Origin: Octopus bimaculoides
Lineage: Eukaryota
Direction of reading: 5' to 3'
Length of the DNA stretch: 57,417 bases
NCBI RefSeq assembly: GCF_001194135.2
Contig: NC_068982.1
Coordinates: 20,078,015 to 20,135,431, forward strand
The notes beneath the pieces were generated by a model. It searched no databases. It saw only the letters and a list, made by a program, of their open reading frames with translations, and was not told the DNA's origin. The position numbers and the translations under genes were made by a program. Below are positions 24,249 through 36,578 of this stretch, in pieces (the first letter of the stretch is position 1; every line of letters begins with the position of its first letter).

Positions 24249-24894
24249 NNNNNNNNNNNNNNNNNNNNNNNNNNNNNNNNNNNNNNNNNNNNNNNNNNNN
24301 NNNNNNNNNNNNNNNNNNNNNNNNNNNNNNNNNNNNNNNNNNNNNNNNNNNNNNNNNNNNNNNNNNNNNNNNNNNNNNNNNNNNNNNNNNNNNNNNNNNN
24401 NNNNNNNNNNNNNNNNNNNNNNNNNNNNNNNNNNNNNNNNNNNNNNNNNNNNNNNNNNNNNNNNNNNNNNNNNNNNNNNNNNNNNNNNNNNNNNNNNNNN
24501 NNNNNNNNNNNNNNNNNNNNNNNNNNNNNNNNNNNNNNNNNNNNNNNNNNNNNNNNNNNNNNNNNNNNNNNNNNNNNNNNNNNNNNNNNNNNNNNNNNNN
24601 NNNNNNNNNNNNNNNNNNNNNNNNNNNNNNNNNNNNNNNNNNNNNNNNNNNNNNNNNNNNNNNNNNNNNNNNNNNNNNNNNNNNNNNNNNNNNNNNNNNN
24701 NNNNNNNNNNNNNNNNNNNNNNNNNNNNNNNNNNNNNNNNNNNNNNNNNNNNNNNNNNNNNNNNNNNNNNNNNNNNNNNNNNNNNNNNNNNNNNNNNNNN
24801 NNNNNNNNNNNNNNNNNNNNNNNNNNNNNNNNNNNNNNNNNNNNNNNNNNNNNNNNNNNNNNNNNNNNNNNNNNNNNNNNNATATATATATATT

Positions 24895-25090
24895 GTTGAA
24901 ATTTATAGAAAAACAAAAGACGAAGACAGGTGTATGAACAAGAAGCAAATGGATTTGACGCTCGGGAATATGAAAAAGTTTTTTTTACATTTCGAGCCTA
25001 CGTTCTTCAACAGAAAAGAATAAGAGAAAATAAACATGGAGAGAATGAAAAGAACTTGCAGATTTCAGCGGTCCAGGATGCAACTCTAGC
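24895..25090 (-). mobile_element. Short Penelope-type terminal-repeat element with hammerhead-like motif
   Basis: Aligns with 43780-44010 (caaaagacgaaga, acgctcgggaa, tttcgagc, cttcaacagaaa); minus strand TTTT-CTGTTGA-A-GAAC-GTAG-GCTC-GAAA-TG-TA-AAAA. Confidence 0.7.
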
Positions 25091-25369
25091 TTCTATTCTA
25101 ATTATATTCTTTTCATAATTAAAGAATTCTGTTTTAATTTACTCTAAATTTTACTGTATATGCCATGTCCAAACATGTATCTCTGCTTCTTACACTAGGA
25201 GCTAGCAATATTGAACCATATAATCGAACGATAGTCTCTAAAATTTGCTCTCCCTAGTAATTATCTATCTTAGTTGTTCGTAAGCAAGAAAGTCTTCAAG
25301 AAATTTCTGTTTGGCATGACATTCTCATTCGTATAAGATTATATATATATTTATTAATGGCTGTCGCCT

Positions 25370-25700
25370 TGCTTCAGTCGCTTGTGATAATCTGACATGT
25401 CTTATTTACCTTTACATTTATCATCCTCACAGCCTCATTAAGTCTAAGGCTCACATTCCAGATTCTATATACATGTGTCTCTTTAATCCTTCATGAAATC
25501 ATCAATAAAACAAGCGGTTTAGACTCAAGTGCACTACAACCACTTCCTTCACTGTCTAAACTTCCAGATCACCGGTACGACATTTATAATGCTTAGGAGC
25601 ATCACATACACTTGAATCATTCTCACCTCACAATCTATAATCGACACCTTTCACCTTGCTTTAAGATAAATTATTTTTTCTACGGATTCCCTTTCGAGCC
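25370..25700 (-). mobile_element. Very decayed RTE-like RT remnant
   Basis: Minus strand LNEAVRMINVKVNKTCQII (cf. LNxxSxxxGMKINxxKTKVM) and GSGCSAL (cf. QGCxLSP). Confidence 0.3.
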
Positions 25701-26304
25701 CCTTTAAGTAGAACAACCGTCCATTTTTACTGTCTATATTACACTCAGATTTTCTCTGCATACACTTAACTGACGTGGCATTTTGTATGAGATTCTTGTT
25801 CATACTTATTACGCTGAAACTACGAAGAAATTCCTCTGCAAATAAAGTCAATAACTGTGGACGTTACTAACAAAGCAGCATTTACATTAAAAGTCGGGAT
25901 CTTTAGTTTATTTTCGAACTAAACATTATATATTTGTTTCCCCTTCGGATCCCTCGATGTCTCATTCATTATTTGTCTCTTCTCTCTCTTATTTTCTCTC
26001 TCTCACTGGATTTTTAACTAAGGGTTCTTTCTCAATTTTGACCAATGAGAAGGTTGATAGAGTTGGGTGAAAATTTCTGTGTGTATTTGGTGGTGAAGGA
26101 TGGAAGCATATAATAAAGCAAATGAAGAACGCAAACAACTAAACAAAATAACCGTTATTTTCATATGCTATATACTATACCATTATACCACCAAAAGTAA
26201 TTGAAAGTTATCATATCATGAAGGTATCATTTGTCAAATCAGACAATGAACTTCATCCTCTGGATGGCTGTAGTGCCTGTACTTGCTGACCCGACAACAT
26301 TTTA

Positions 26305-26373
<69 letters not shown>

Positions 26374-26465
26374 GCATGTATACCAGATGGCGGGGCTGAT
26401 TTTGGGTAAAAGAAAGTACAGGAGGATATATGAATTTTGATTTTATTCGACTTATTAGCCTCTCA

Positions 26466-26728
26466 GTGGAGGCGCGTGGCTTAGTGGTTAGGGTGTCAGC
26501 ATCATGATCGTAAGATTGTGGTTTCGATTCCTGGACCGGGCGACGCGTTGTGTTCTTGAGCAAAACACTTCATTTCACGCTGCTCCATTTCAGTCAGCTG
26601 GCAAAAATGAGTAACGCTGCGATGGACTGGCGTCCCGTCCAGCTTGGAAACACATGCGCCATTGAAACCGGGAGAGCGGGCCCATGAGCCTGGCTAAGCT
26701 TTAAAAGGGCGCAAAGAAAAAAAAAATT
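26466..26728 (+). mobile_element. Full-length tRNA-derived SINE with A-rich tail
   Basis: GTGGAGGCGCGTGGCTTAGTGGTTAGGGTGTCAGC..GGTTTCGATTCC (A/B boxes), central GTGTTCTTGAGCAAAACACTT domain, poly(A) at about 26716-26727. Confidence 0.85.
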
Positions 26729-27849
26729 ATCCTCTCAGAATCACACACTTACTGCAGCTGTCTTTCAGTGTTTCTAAGCCCTTAAGAAAAGACTCTTAAT
26801 GCCAGGAATTTTTCGGCACTTACTCTTATATATACATACACTACGTTGTGCAACAGGAAATATGTGATCTGCATTAACGTTTATTCATATAAGTATTGCT
26901 GGAACATGAAATACAAATACAAACTCGAAATGCAACGCGTAAACGTTTTAATAAATTCAGCTAGTGACGAAGTATTTTAATAGAGTGTAATAAATTGCAC
27001 AGCTATCACTTCCCATTACTAACCCGATATATCAGCCAATAGCTATCAACGGTAATTTTTAATGAATGATTTCATTAAAAATATGAGAACAAGTAGAATG
27101 AGACTAATTATATTTGATGAAATAATTATCCGTTCAGTGGAAAATGAAATATTACGAAGCATTATTACTAAATACTCTTTATAATTACACATAATTAAAA
27201 CAAACACACAGTGCTCATTATATACGAAATTTTACAGAGGGTAACTTTAGCAGCACATTGCCAGACACACGTATTCATATATACATATTTGTATGGGTAT
27301 ATATACACATTAACACCTTAATAGCTTTATTGAAGAACACATTATTTCCAATTATGAGGAAAATCGAGAGAACAAATGTGCACGTGACACTGTGTTATTG
27401 AAGTTTTAATGAATCATACGTCTGAAATGTGTAACTAAATACATATCTATTAATTTGTTTACAACTTAATCTATCAGACATTCTATGAACGCAATATCCT
27501 TCTGAATCGCTTTTTCTCTTTCTGTCCGTTTGTCTCTCTCTTTCTACCTATTTTAATATACATACATATGTATGCCGTTGTCTGAACATCTATGCGTGTG
27601 TATAGTTGCATATAAAACTTTATATACATATCCATGTGAATAAGCATACATAAACACAAATGAGTTCATATACATATATATATATATGTGTGTGTGTGTG
27701 AGTGTGTGTGTGTGTGTATGTGTGTGTGTGTGTGTATTATACATGTATATTATATATATATCACATACACACACGTATATATATATATGTATAGGTATTA
27801 TATAGGTATATTATATATATATCACATACACACAGGTATACACACACGC

Positions 27850-27902
<53 letters not shown>

Positions 27903-28288
27903 TCTAGAAACTTTCAGATAGTCTTGTATTTTTTTGTCATAAGTCTTTAGTTTTATTTTTTAATGTGATATTCTGAATTTTCTGTAGACGAAAAAAAATA
28001 ATACATCAATGCATCGTGGCATTTTTTGATCTCGTAAATCGCATGTAAATTCTAACGAGTGTTGAATTTGGTTAGAAGCATCGAATAACGAGTGGAATAA
28101 ATATGTACACTGTATACAAAGCAGTGCCATTATCGCTGCCTTTAATGTTTAGACGATGGTTAATTTACTGTGCTTCTATTGTTACCTAATATTAGAGTAG
28201 GTAAAGACAAAAAATATACATAGCAGACAATATATCTAATACAGTTTATCGAATCTGACAACGCGTGGAATCTTATGAAAGATAAGCA

Positions 28289-28329
<41 letters not shown>

Positions 28330-28404
28330 CGTGTGCGTGCGTGCGAGCGTGTGTGTGTAAACATACATATATCGATATATAGTTATGTATATCCACATCT
28401 ATAT

Positions 28405-28463
<59 letters not shown>

Positions 28464-28727
28464 NNNNNNNNNNNNNNNNNNNNNNNNNNNNNNNNNNNNN
28501 NNNNNNNNNNNNNNNNNNNNNNNNNNNNNNNNNNNNNNNNNNNNNNNNNNNNNNNNNNNNNNNNNNNNNNNNNNNNNNNNNNNNNNNNNNNNNNNNNNNN
28601 NNNNNNNNNNNNNNNNNNNNNNNNNNNNNNNNNNNNNNNNNNNNNNNNNNGAGGCCAGGACAGAGGGGTAGATAGGAAGATAGAGGAAGACAGATAGATA
28701 AATAGATAAAAAGATAGATAGATAGAC

Positions 28728-28758
<31 letters not shown>

Positions 28759-28765
28759 AAGATAG
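28405..28765. repeat. (TATC)n and (GATA)n tracts flanking an N gap
   Basis: Directly visible; opposite orientation on the two sides of gap 28464-28650. Confidence 0.9.
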
Positions 28766-28859
28766 TCACGTCAGAATAATAGTAGACTTACTTGCAAAAA
28801 AGGACGTGTGCGTTCAATAATGTAATAATACAAGGAATATATATACATGTATACACACA

Positions 28860-28945
28860 TATATGTACATACTTACATCTACATGTGTATATATATGCAT
28901 ATCAGGGTACAGGACGTTATATATTGAGATGAAAAATATCCCATT
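28860..28945 (-). repeat. Dispersed repeat fragment related to 34560-34634
   Basis: Reverse complement AACGTCCTGTACCCTGATATGCATATATATACACATGTAGATGTAAGTATGTACATA matches 34567-34634. Confidence 0.6.
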
Positions 28946-28959
28946 TAACTAGTGCATAC

Positions 28960-29945
28960 ATGTAAATGTAAGTATATGATCGTGCGGATATATGTTGTAC
29001 GTATGGGTATGTATGAATTCTGTTTTGAGAACATTAATTGCTCAAGATTGATTCCAAGGAAATTAGCAACATATTCAAGTGCCCTAATAATTACAGGTAT
29101 ATACCTGAACTTGTAGTCCAGGCAGAATATCAGTAAATTTCTCAATAGTTTTCTTCTTCCCGATCTTTAGCTTTATGTCGATATTTATAGTGCTGTTGAA
29201 TTCCCCTACAATATGGTTTACTCTTCTCTGTCCAACTTATTGTATATGGTCAATTATATTTCCGTTCTATTACAATTTTCAAAAGGAGTCTCAGCCAGTA
29301 ATCGTGTATATTATGAGAAGTTATGGTCTATAACGTACTGAATGCTCTTTTATCAATGATCTCAGGATTATCCTTCCGACGGATCTTATTGTATAGTGTC
29401 TTGACCAGAATACCCTATCTTGTTGGTAAATGTTGACACTGTGGGTGATATATTCAGTGTTAACTGTGCAAAGTCTGCATTGGTTATCACATTTCGTTGC
29501 TTTTCCTGCGCCTCTGTACTTTTCATGCATCAAGAATTTGGTAGTTATTTTTCTGTTCTGGCTTGCAAACGCGTACAACTTCGAAGCGAGAGTTAGTGAT
29601 CCGGTAGTAGGTTCAATATAAACTCCTTTGATTATGAATGTTGCTATGACCCTGAACTTTCCTTCTGACGTATCCCTACATGGCGTGCAGCAGATATGCA
29701 CTCATCCTCTCATCTAAGGATATCTTATGGTTGAGTCATGCAACTTCTTTAGGCATACACTCAACAGTATCAAGCGGAATATTTCTCGAGAAGCTGCTAT
29801 CTAACTTTGAAGATGTTTTCCGTCTCATGTACGCAGAAGTCGTCAGTGCTTGCACTTCCGCAAATTGTAGTAAATATATGCTGCTAAAGTTATATAATAT
29901 ATCCATCAAAATCTGTCTGAATCAGTGCTAAGCCATTACTCCATG
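28960..29945 (-). mobile_element. Decayed RLE (R4/Dong-like) LINE fragment, family X
   Basis: KCDNQCRLCTVNTEYITH (CCHC), KFRYIPVIIRALEYVANFLGINLEQL, homologous to 13397-14587. Confidence 0.8.
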
Positions 29946-31091
29946 TTTTCATATTAGGTAGAAGTCTTTATTACCGTTGATGAGGAAATTATTACAATAC
30001 CAATTGTGATACAATACCACTACCAATACATATTCAATTTTTTTTTGTTTTAGCGTGTCAAAAATAATCAAATTGCAAATGTATTAAATTTAATCTATGT
30101 TACAAGGGCTAAGCAAAGCCTTGTCAGGAAGGTCACCTGAATATCGAATCTTTTTTCATATTTTACTGTATATAGGCTTGACTGCGAAAATTTTTTAAAA
30201 ACATTCCGTAAACAAACATACATTTGAAGCGGAATAACGATTCCACTATATAACTTTGACAAGAATTATGTCAAGCACAAAACATATGTGTGCACTTCAA
30301 ATTATTAAGTTAATACAGTGTGATATAAAGGTGTTATGACCTTCTTTTATTTAGCTGACCGAAGTATCACATAGTATCACCCTCGAAGGCTGAAGCCAGC
30401 CTTATTAGAAATAGAATCTGAAAGGCTGGCATCAATAACTTTCAAATATACCACCTACTGCTTGCTGATCTTTCAAACAATACACTATATACAAAATGGA
30501 TTGAAATTCTAGAAATACTATACTAACTAAATTCATATTTCACGTAGACAATGCATATCCTAACAGCCTAAATAAGAATGGAGAAAATATTTAACATTTT
30601 AAAGAGTATAATCATTGCAAAAGCATATGTAAAACACGTCAACCATCACTGTAATATTAAAATTATTTACGCATTACGGTACCATTCGCTAAAGTGTAGA
30701 TTGGAGAAATCAGTGCAGAACGCATACAGTAAAAAATAGACACACTCTTCTTGGAGCAAGAAGAGTGTCTGTGGGTGTATGCGTAGTGTACGTACGAGCT
30801 TGTGATTCGTTCTGTGGTGGGTCTGTATAATGTTTATCTGTAATTAGTAGACATTAAGGGAAGTAGATACCTGCAAGCCAAAACCTTTTAACATATTTAA
30901 TCCGACCACTCAACAGTGTCCTAAATTCACAAGCACACACATCAGTTTACACATAGATGCATATGAGCACAGCGTGAGAATTCATACGTATAACATTATA
31001 TATACTCAAACATTTAAACACATATGCATACGCATGAAAATCGCTTGTTATTCCACCTATGTCTCTCTCATACAAACTCTCTCACTCTCCT

Positions 31092-31126
<35 letters not shown>

Positions 31127-31641
31127 GTCTCTCTCCATATATATATGCGTCTCTTTCTCTGTATATCTCACTCTCTTTCACTGTATATTTATATGTTTAT
31201 TAACATAATATAGAACCTGATTCGTTTTAATGGAAGCGAAATATAAATATTTCAATGCAAATAATAACGATAAAAAATAGCAAGTCTTAAAATTCATAAT
31301 ATACATTAAACATATTTTAAAATCCAGTATCCACACTGACTAAAAGCTTAATATAATTTGCTGCAAACTAAACGTTTTATAACTTGCTAAATGGATTAAT
31401 GCTTATATAAGAAGCAATTTAGATTCTGTATATAGATTCTATATTGAGCCTGTATACGATTCTAGCTTCTGGAATCACAACATTTTTACGTACATATTTT
31501 AGAATACAATCTCACATATATGTATATTAGTATACACATATACATACATACATACATACATACATACATACATACATACATACATACTTACATACACGTA
31601 TCTATGCATGTATGTATCCATATGCATATACATAAATAAAC

Positions 31642-31682
<41 letters not shown>

Positions 31683-33149
31683 TAGACAGAATAATTATAT
31701 GGACAGAAATATTTGTGTGTGCAGTGTGAGAGAGTAAAAGTGAAAGTGAAACGAGATGATAAGTTTACTTATTCTGGTGTAGTTGCCTAACAGTTTGGAT
31801 ACTCATCAATTATTACTGGTTCCTAAGGCAGGTATATGATAGGTATTTTGTTATGTAGACTAACACTAGCAACAACGCACATGACCCGGCTCACACTGAT
31901 ATAAAACACACACATACGCACAATCACACGCGTACACACACACGCACACATATACACACATATACATATATACACATATATCCATACACACACACACGCA
32001 CACACACACACACACATATACTGTTTTACAAATATGTACACGCACATATTCCTATTTCATTCGCATGTATTTATATAAAAAATAAGGATATTTATTTTGT
32101 TGATGTCTCTTGTCATCTTCCTTTTAAAACACTTTAGAAACAAACAGGAGTTGAGAAAACATTTCAATCCAGGTGGTTGATTGAAGTCGCAGAAACTTAG
32201 AGAATGCGTGGTGGCTGCCTGATCTTCCTTTGTTCAAAATTCCAACAAGGCCAATATATCCTACTGCATGTTACTTAAATCATTTGGTGAAACTTCTGAG
32301 ATGTTGAACTATCTGATGTAAATAGATTTCAGTTTTTCTCCCATGCCAAAAAAAAAAAAAAAAANNNNNNNNNNNNNNNNNNNNNNNNNNNNNNNNNNNN
32401 NNNNNNNNNNNNNNNNNNNNNNNNNNNNNNNNNNNNNNNNNNNNNNNNNNNNNNNNNNNNNNNNNNNNNNNNNNNNNNNNNNNNNNNNNNNNNNNNNNNN
32501 NNNNNNNNNNNNNNNNNNNNNNNNNNNNNNNNNNNNNNNNNNNNNNNNNAAAAAAAAAAAAAAAAAACGATTACCTTCGTACTATAGTTTCACTTGTTAA
32601 TATTTACACAAGCAAATATCTGCAAGATCATCACTGTAGTCTGTCGCTTACAAAACACAATTTCCAGAACTAGACACAGAACGCTCACCCGAAAGAGAGC
32701 ATGTATAAAGTTCTGCAAATTATATTTGTGGGTATTTTGGCTGAGACCGGAAGTAACCTGCAGCTGATAAATTTCAGCAGCTAATTTACCGGTTAGAGAA
32801 CATTGCTGCTTAAAAATTAAATAACGAGGGTAGAAATTGATATTATTCAATTAAAAACTTCATTGTATCTCGTTTGATCGTTTGAAGATAACTTTTCCAT
32901 GGTTGTCGCATAGCTCTGAAACGAAATCCATAGGGCGTTAAAGCTGGATGCTTTGAATAATTTCTACCAACCTTTATTGTATGGTACTTCGTTGGTAGAC
33001 TTAGTGTATTGGCGGTGTTCATACCACTGCCTGGATGATTGGGATTTTTAGCAATTTAGATACATGCATTATAATCATATTGCGGACTTTGGGATAACTT
33101 CTTTCTTTGTTCCAATCTTTGCAGAAGCCTTAAGTGATACTTTCTTCCA

Positions 33150-33695
33150 TAGTTACAAGCCTAAAATTGTTTCGAGCGGGAGTAGTTGATTTCAAAGACT
33201 TCAGTAATTGACTGGTATTCATTTTATTCCCCTTGAAAAGATTAAACGCATAGTCAACATCTAAGGAGTTTGAACCCGCAATATATAAAAGCCTTAAATA
33301 ATGGTTTTAAATATTAGCATTAGGTACGCAAGTTTAATTGATTACATCTCTAGCGTTCAATCGGTACTTCATTTATCGATCCGACCGGATGAACCGCAAA
33401 TTTGATTTTGGTGAAATTTGAGACGGATAGTATGCTGCAAAAAGCTTTTCTCTGGTGTGCTAATGATTCTGCCAGCTCCACGCATTAGAAGCCTCAAATA
33501 ATAGTTTCAAATCTTGGCACAAGGTCGACAATTTAGCGGAGAAGAAAATTCGCTTACATCGACACCAGTACTCACCCCGAAAGGGTAACAGGTATAGTCG
33601 ATCTCCGCAGAATTTGAACTCAGAAAGTAAAGACAGAAGAAATACCGCTAAACATTTCACCCGGCGTGCTAACGATTCCACCAACTCACCGCATT
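33150..33695 (-). mobile_element. Three tandem, variably decayed 'GCGGCGAGCTGGCAGAA' SINE-like copies
   Basis: Repeated ctggta.t.attt.at, gaatttgaac and gtgctaa.gatt..gcc..ctca blocks at about 33150-33320, 33330-33480, 33510-33695. Confidence 0.7.
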
Positions 33696-34456
33696 AAATA
33701 ATGAAAGATGAACTGAAAGGAAAAAAGAAAAAAAAAGCAAAACAAAAAAAACAAGCGATTGGTAACACATACAATAGATGTTTTTATTTCAGTAATTTGA
33801 GCAATTTGCTTCTGAAAAATTGTAAGTTGTTTCAGAAATAATCCTATTATATATAATTTTGAATTATCTCTTAAGTAAATTATACCCGATCTCGAAAGAA
33901 GCCTCATACACTTTGGTGGAGATGTAAAAAACTCAGCCCACGTAAATTTTGGTCACTTAGAAACGCTAACTTTTTAACATTTTCTACACTTAAGTCTCTT
34001 TAATGAATATTAGAGATAGTTGCACATTTCGAAATAACAATTACACAGGAATTTGCGTTGGACCTTTTTTTTAAATTTTGAAAATAATTGTATTCATTAA
34101 ATACTCATTAGTATCAAATAACCTAATCGAGAAAATGGACATATATTTATTCATTTATAATTCTCATAGAAAATATATTTTAATTGTTAATGTTTTTGGA
34201 AAAATATTTACTCAAAATTACCATATGCAATTAAACAAATAAACAAATATATGTGCGTGTTTGTACGATACATATATTTGTGAAAAATGAAATATACATT
34301 ATATATAAATACGCAATATTCACCGTACATATAAATATATACATATACATGTTATATAATGTACACACACACACACACACACACACATACACACACACAC
34401 ACACACGCACACACACACACAAACACATACACACATATATATATATATATATATAA

Positions 34457-34634
34457 ACCTCTTCGAAACGCCAGTGTTATAATGGTGGCAGCTGATGAAG
34501 GAAATGTTCTCTATGTGGCCTGTGTTTTCTGTACCTTGTTTATCATTTTGTCTATATTTTTTTTGCAACGTCATGTACCCAGAAATGCATTTATATATAC
34601 ATGTAGATGAAGGTATGTACATACATGTACATAT
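34457..34634 (+). repeat. Dispersed repeat (possibly PLE-terminal-derived)
   Basis: 3' part matches reverse complement of 28860-28945; contains cgaaacg and ctgatgaagg words typical of PLE ends. Confidence 0.45.
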
Positions 34635-36386
34635 NNNNNNNNNNNNNNNNNNNNNNNNNNNNNNNNNNNNNNNNNNNNNNNNNNNNNNNNNNNNNNNNNN
34701 NNNNNNNNNNNNNNNNNNNNNNNNNNNNNNNNNNAATAAATATTCAGTTTGTATATTTGGGACAACTAATTCTTGCGGGCAAAGGAAAAGAAAAACATTA
34801 AAATATGTTACTGGCTATAGTATAGCAGAGGGAGAATTTGTATCAACTTCTCTCTCTAAAGTTCCATATGACTTCGTATTTCAGTGGAATGAAGTGAGGA
34901 TTTTTTTTTCAGATCACAATGGAGTGAATTTACCTACCTTTACCCAATGGCCATATACTTTTGTTAAATCGGTCGAAGTTTTATGTCTACCATCGATGTA
35001 GGAAAAATTAATTGGACATTGTGGATATTGTGTAATTAGGCGAAGAAACGGATTATACGAAGCAAGAATACTTTTAACTAAAGGATCGCTCGATCGCAGA
35101 AACAATGATCAGAATCTCATTATCAGATTTTCTAGTTTATTTGGCTTTAATTTAAGAATATGAATAAAGCGAAAACTATTAAAATATTATTCCCAACAGG
35201 CAATGTATAGATATATAGGCTTTGAAATTGTTCACAAAAGAAAATGGCTAAAGAAAAATGTAATTGTGCTTCAAGCACGGCAGACTTTATTATTATTTTT
35301 TTTTGTGTGTTGTGGAAGTACTTAGTGTGTCTAAGCAATAAAATCCTCATAGAAATTTTAGGAATCAAAAGTCGGTTAAACAAATATCATTTCTCTATTT
35401 CTCCTTCTGATATCTGAACCAATAATAGTGACCTTTTCCCCAAAATATTTCAATCTGTCTCGTTCATTTTTATACTGACATTGGCTTTGAGAATATTTGG
35501 ATTTTGCAATTGTCGTTGTCCTTTTTAATATCTATAAATGCCTGTCCGAACTGAAAATAAATATTCAATAAACTGAATTGCTTTCTAGAAGAAAAATTGA
35601 TAAATCTCGACATTATAAACCTTATGTTGCAGACGGAAAAAACTGAATTGCACCAGCCTGGAGACATAAGTTCAGTTCACGTTTCGAGGAATCTTTTGTT
35701 CGTTCATTAATTGGGATGATAAATGCATTACTTCGTACTCACTTCCTTCCAAAGTGCACACATTTTTCGAGTAGAAATAACATGTTCATAATCTTTAACA
35801 ATTTCGTAATAACATGCTTGGTAGCAACACTTCACGAAAGAGAGGGCGTTCTGATTTACATTTTCACTTTATCTAAATCATCTTTATTTGAATTATACCA
35901 ATATCATTCTGAATCATGCAGAATCTTTCTTACCAAGTTTATTGATTTTTCTAAATTATAATTATTGCATATCTCAAATAAAACATATTTTCTAAGCAAA
36001 TATTAGTTTAAGAATATTGAAGTGGCACGTTATTATTTAACTTTAGCAAGTTATTTTTATATTGTTTCTTTGTTGATGCTGAATTGTCTGGTTCAGAAAG
36101 AAACACTTGAGGCAATATGAATATTCTTCTGTCATTTTTGGTGTCTTTGTTCAAAAATAAAATAAATATGAAATTGTTTTCATCCTAAATTGAAAGCTTG
36201 ATGATAAGCGCCATTTGTTCCTTTCGCTTTACTATTGACAAAGGTGAAGTAATTCTTTGATTGGATGTCTTATTTCGAATAAAATTAGTGTATCCAAAAA
36301 TTCCACAATGGTCTTACAGAAAAATCTTAAATCATGGTAGACTAATGTTTCTGCAAGTGACAAAGGCTTACATTTCATATTGATTT

Positions 36387-36432
<46 letters not shown>

Positions 36433-36484
36433 NNNNNNNNNNNNNNNNNNNNNNNNNNNNNNNNNNNNNNNNNNNNNNNNNNNA

Positions 36485-36545
36485 TATATACTTTTGTTAT
36501 TTACACCACCTGTCCTCGTCTGTTGTTATTTTTTGTATATTCTCC
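36485..36545 (+). mobile_element. 3' tail of the 24895/43780 PLE-type short element
   Basis: ttgttatttacaccacctgtcctcgtctgttgttattttttgtatattctccc resembles the reverse complement of 24895-24945. Confidence 0.5.
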
Positions 36546-36546
36546 C

Positions 36547-36578
<32 letters not shown>

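Noticed and set aside
30742-30768. 12-bp hairpin ACACTCTTCTTG-gag-CAAGAAGAGTGT
   Set aside because: Short, isolated, no supporting context.
34457-34510. Permuted hammerhead (GAAACG...CTGATGAAGG)
   Set aside because: No U at position 16.1 and stems I/II do not pair convincingly.
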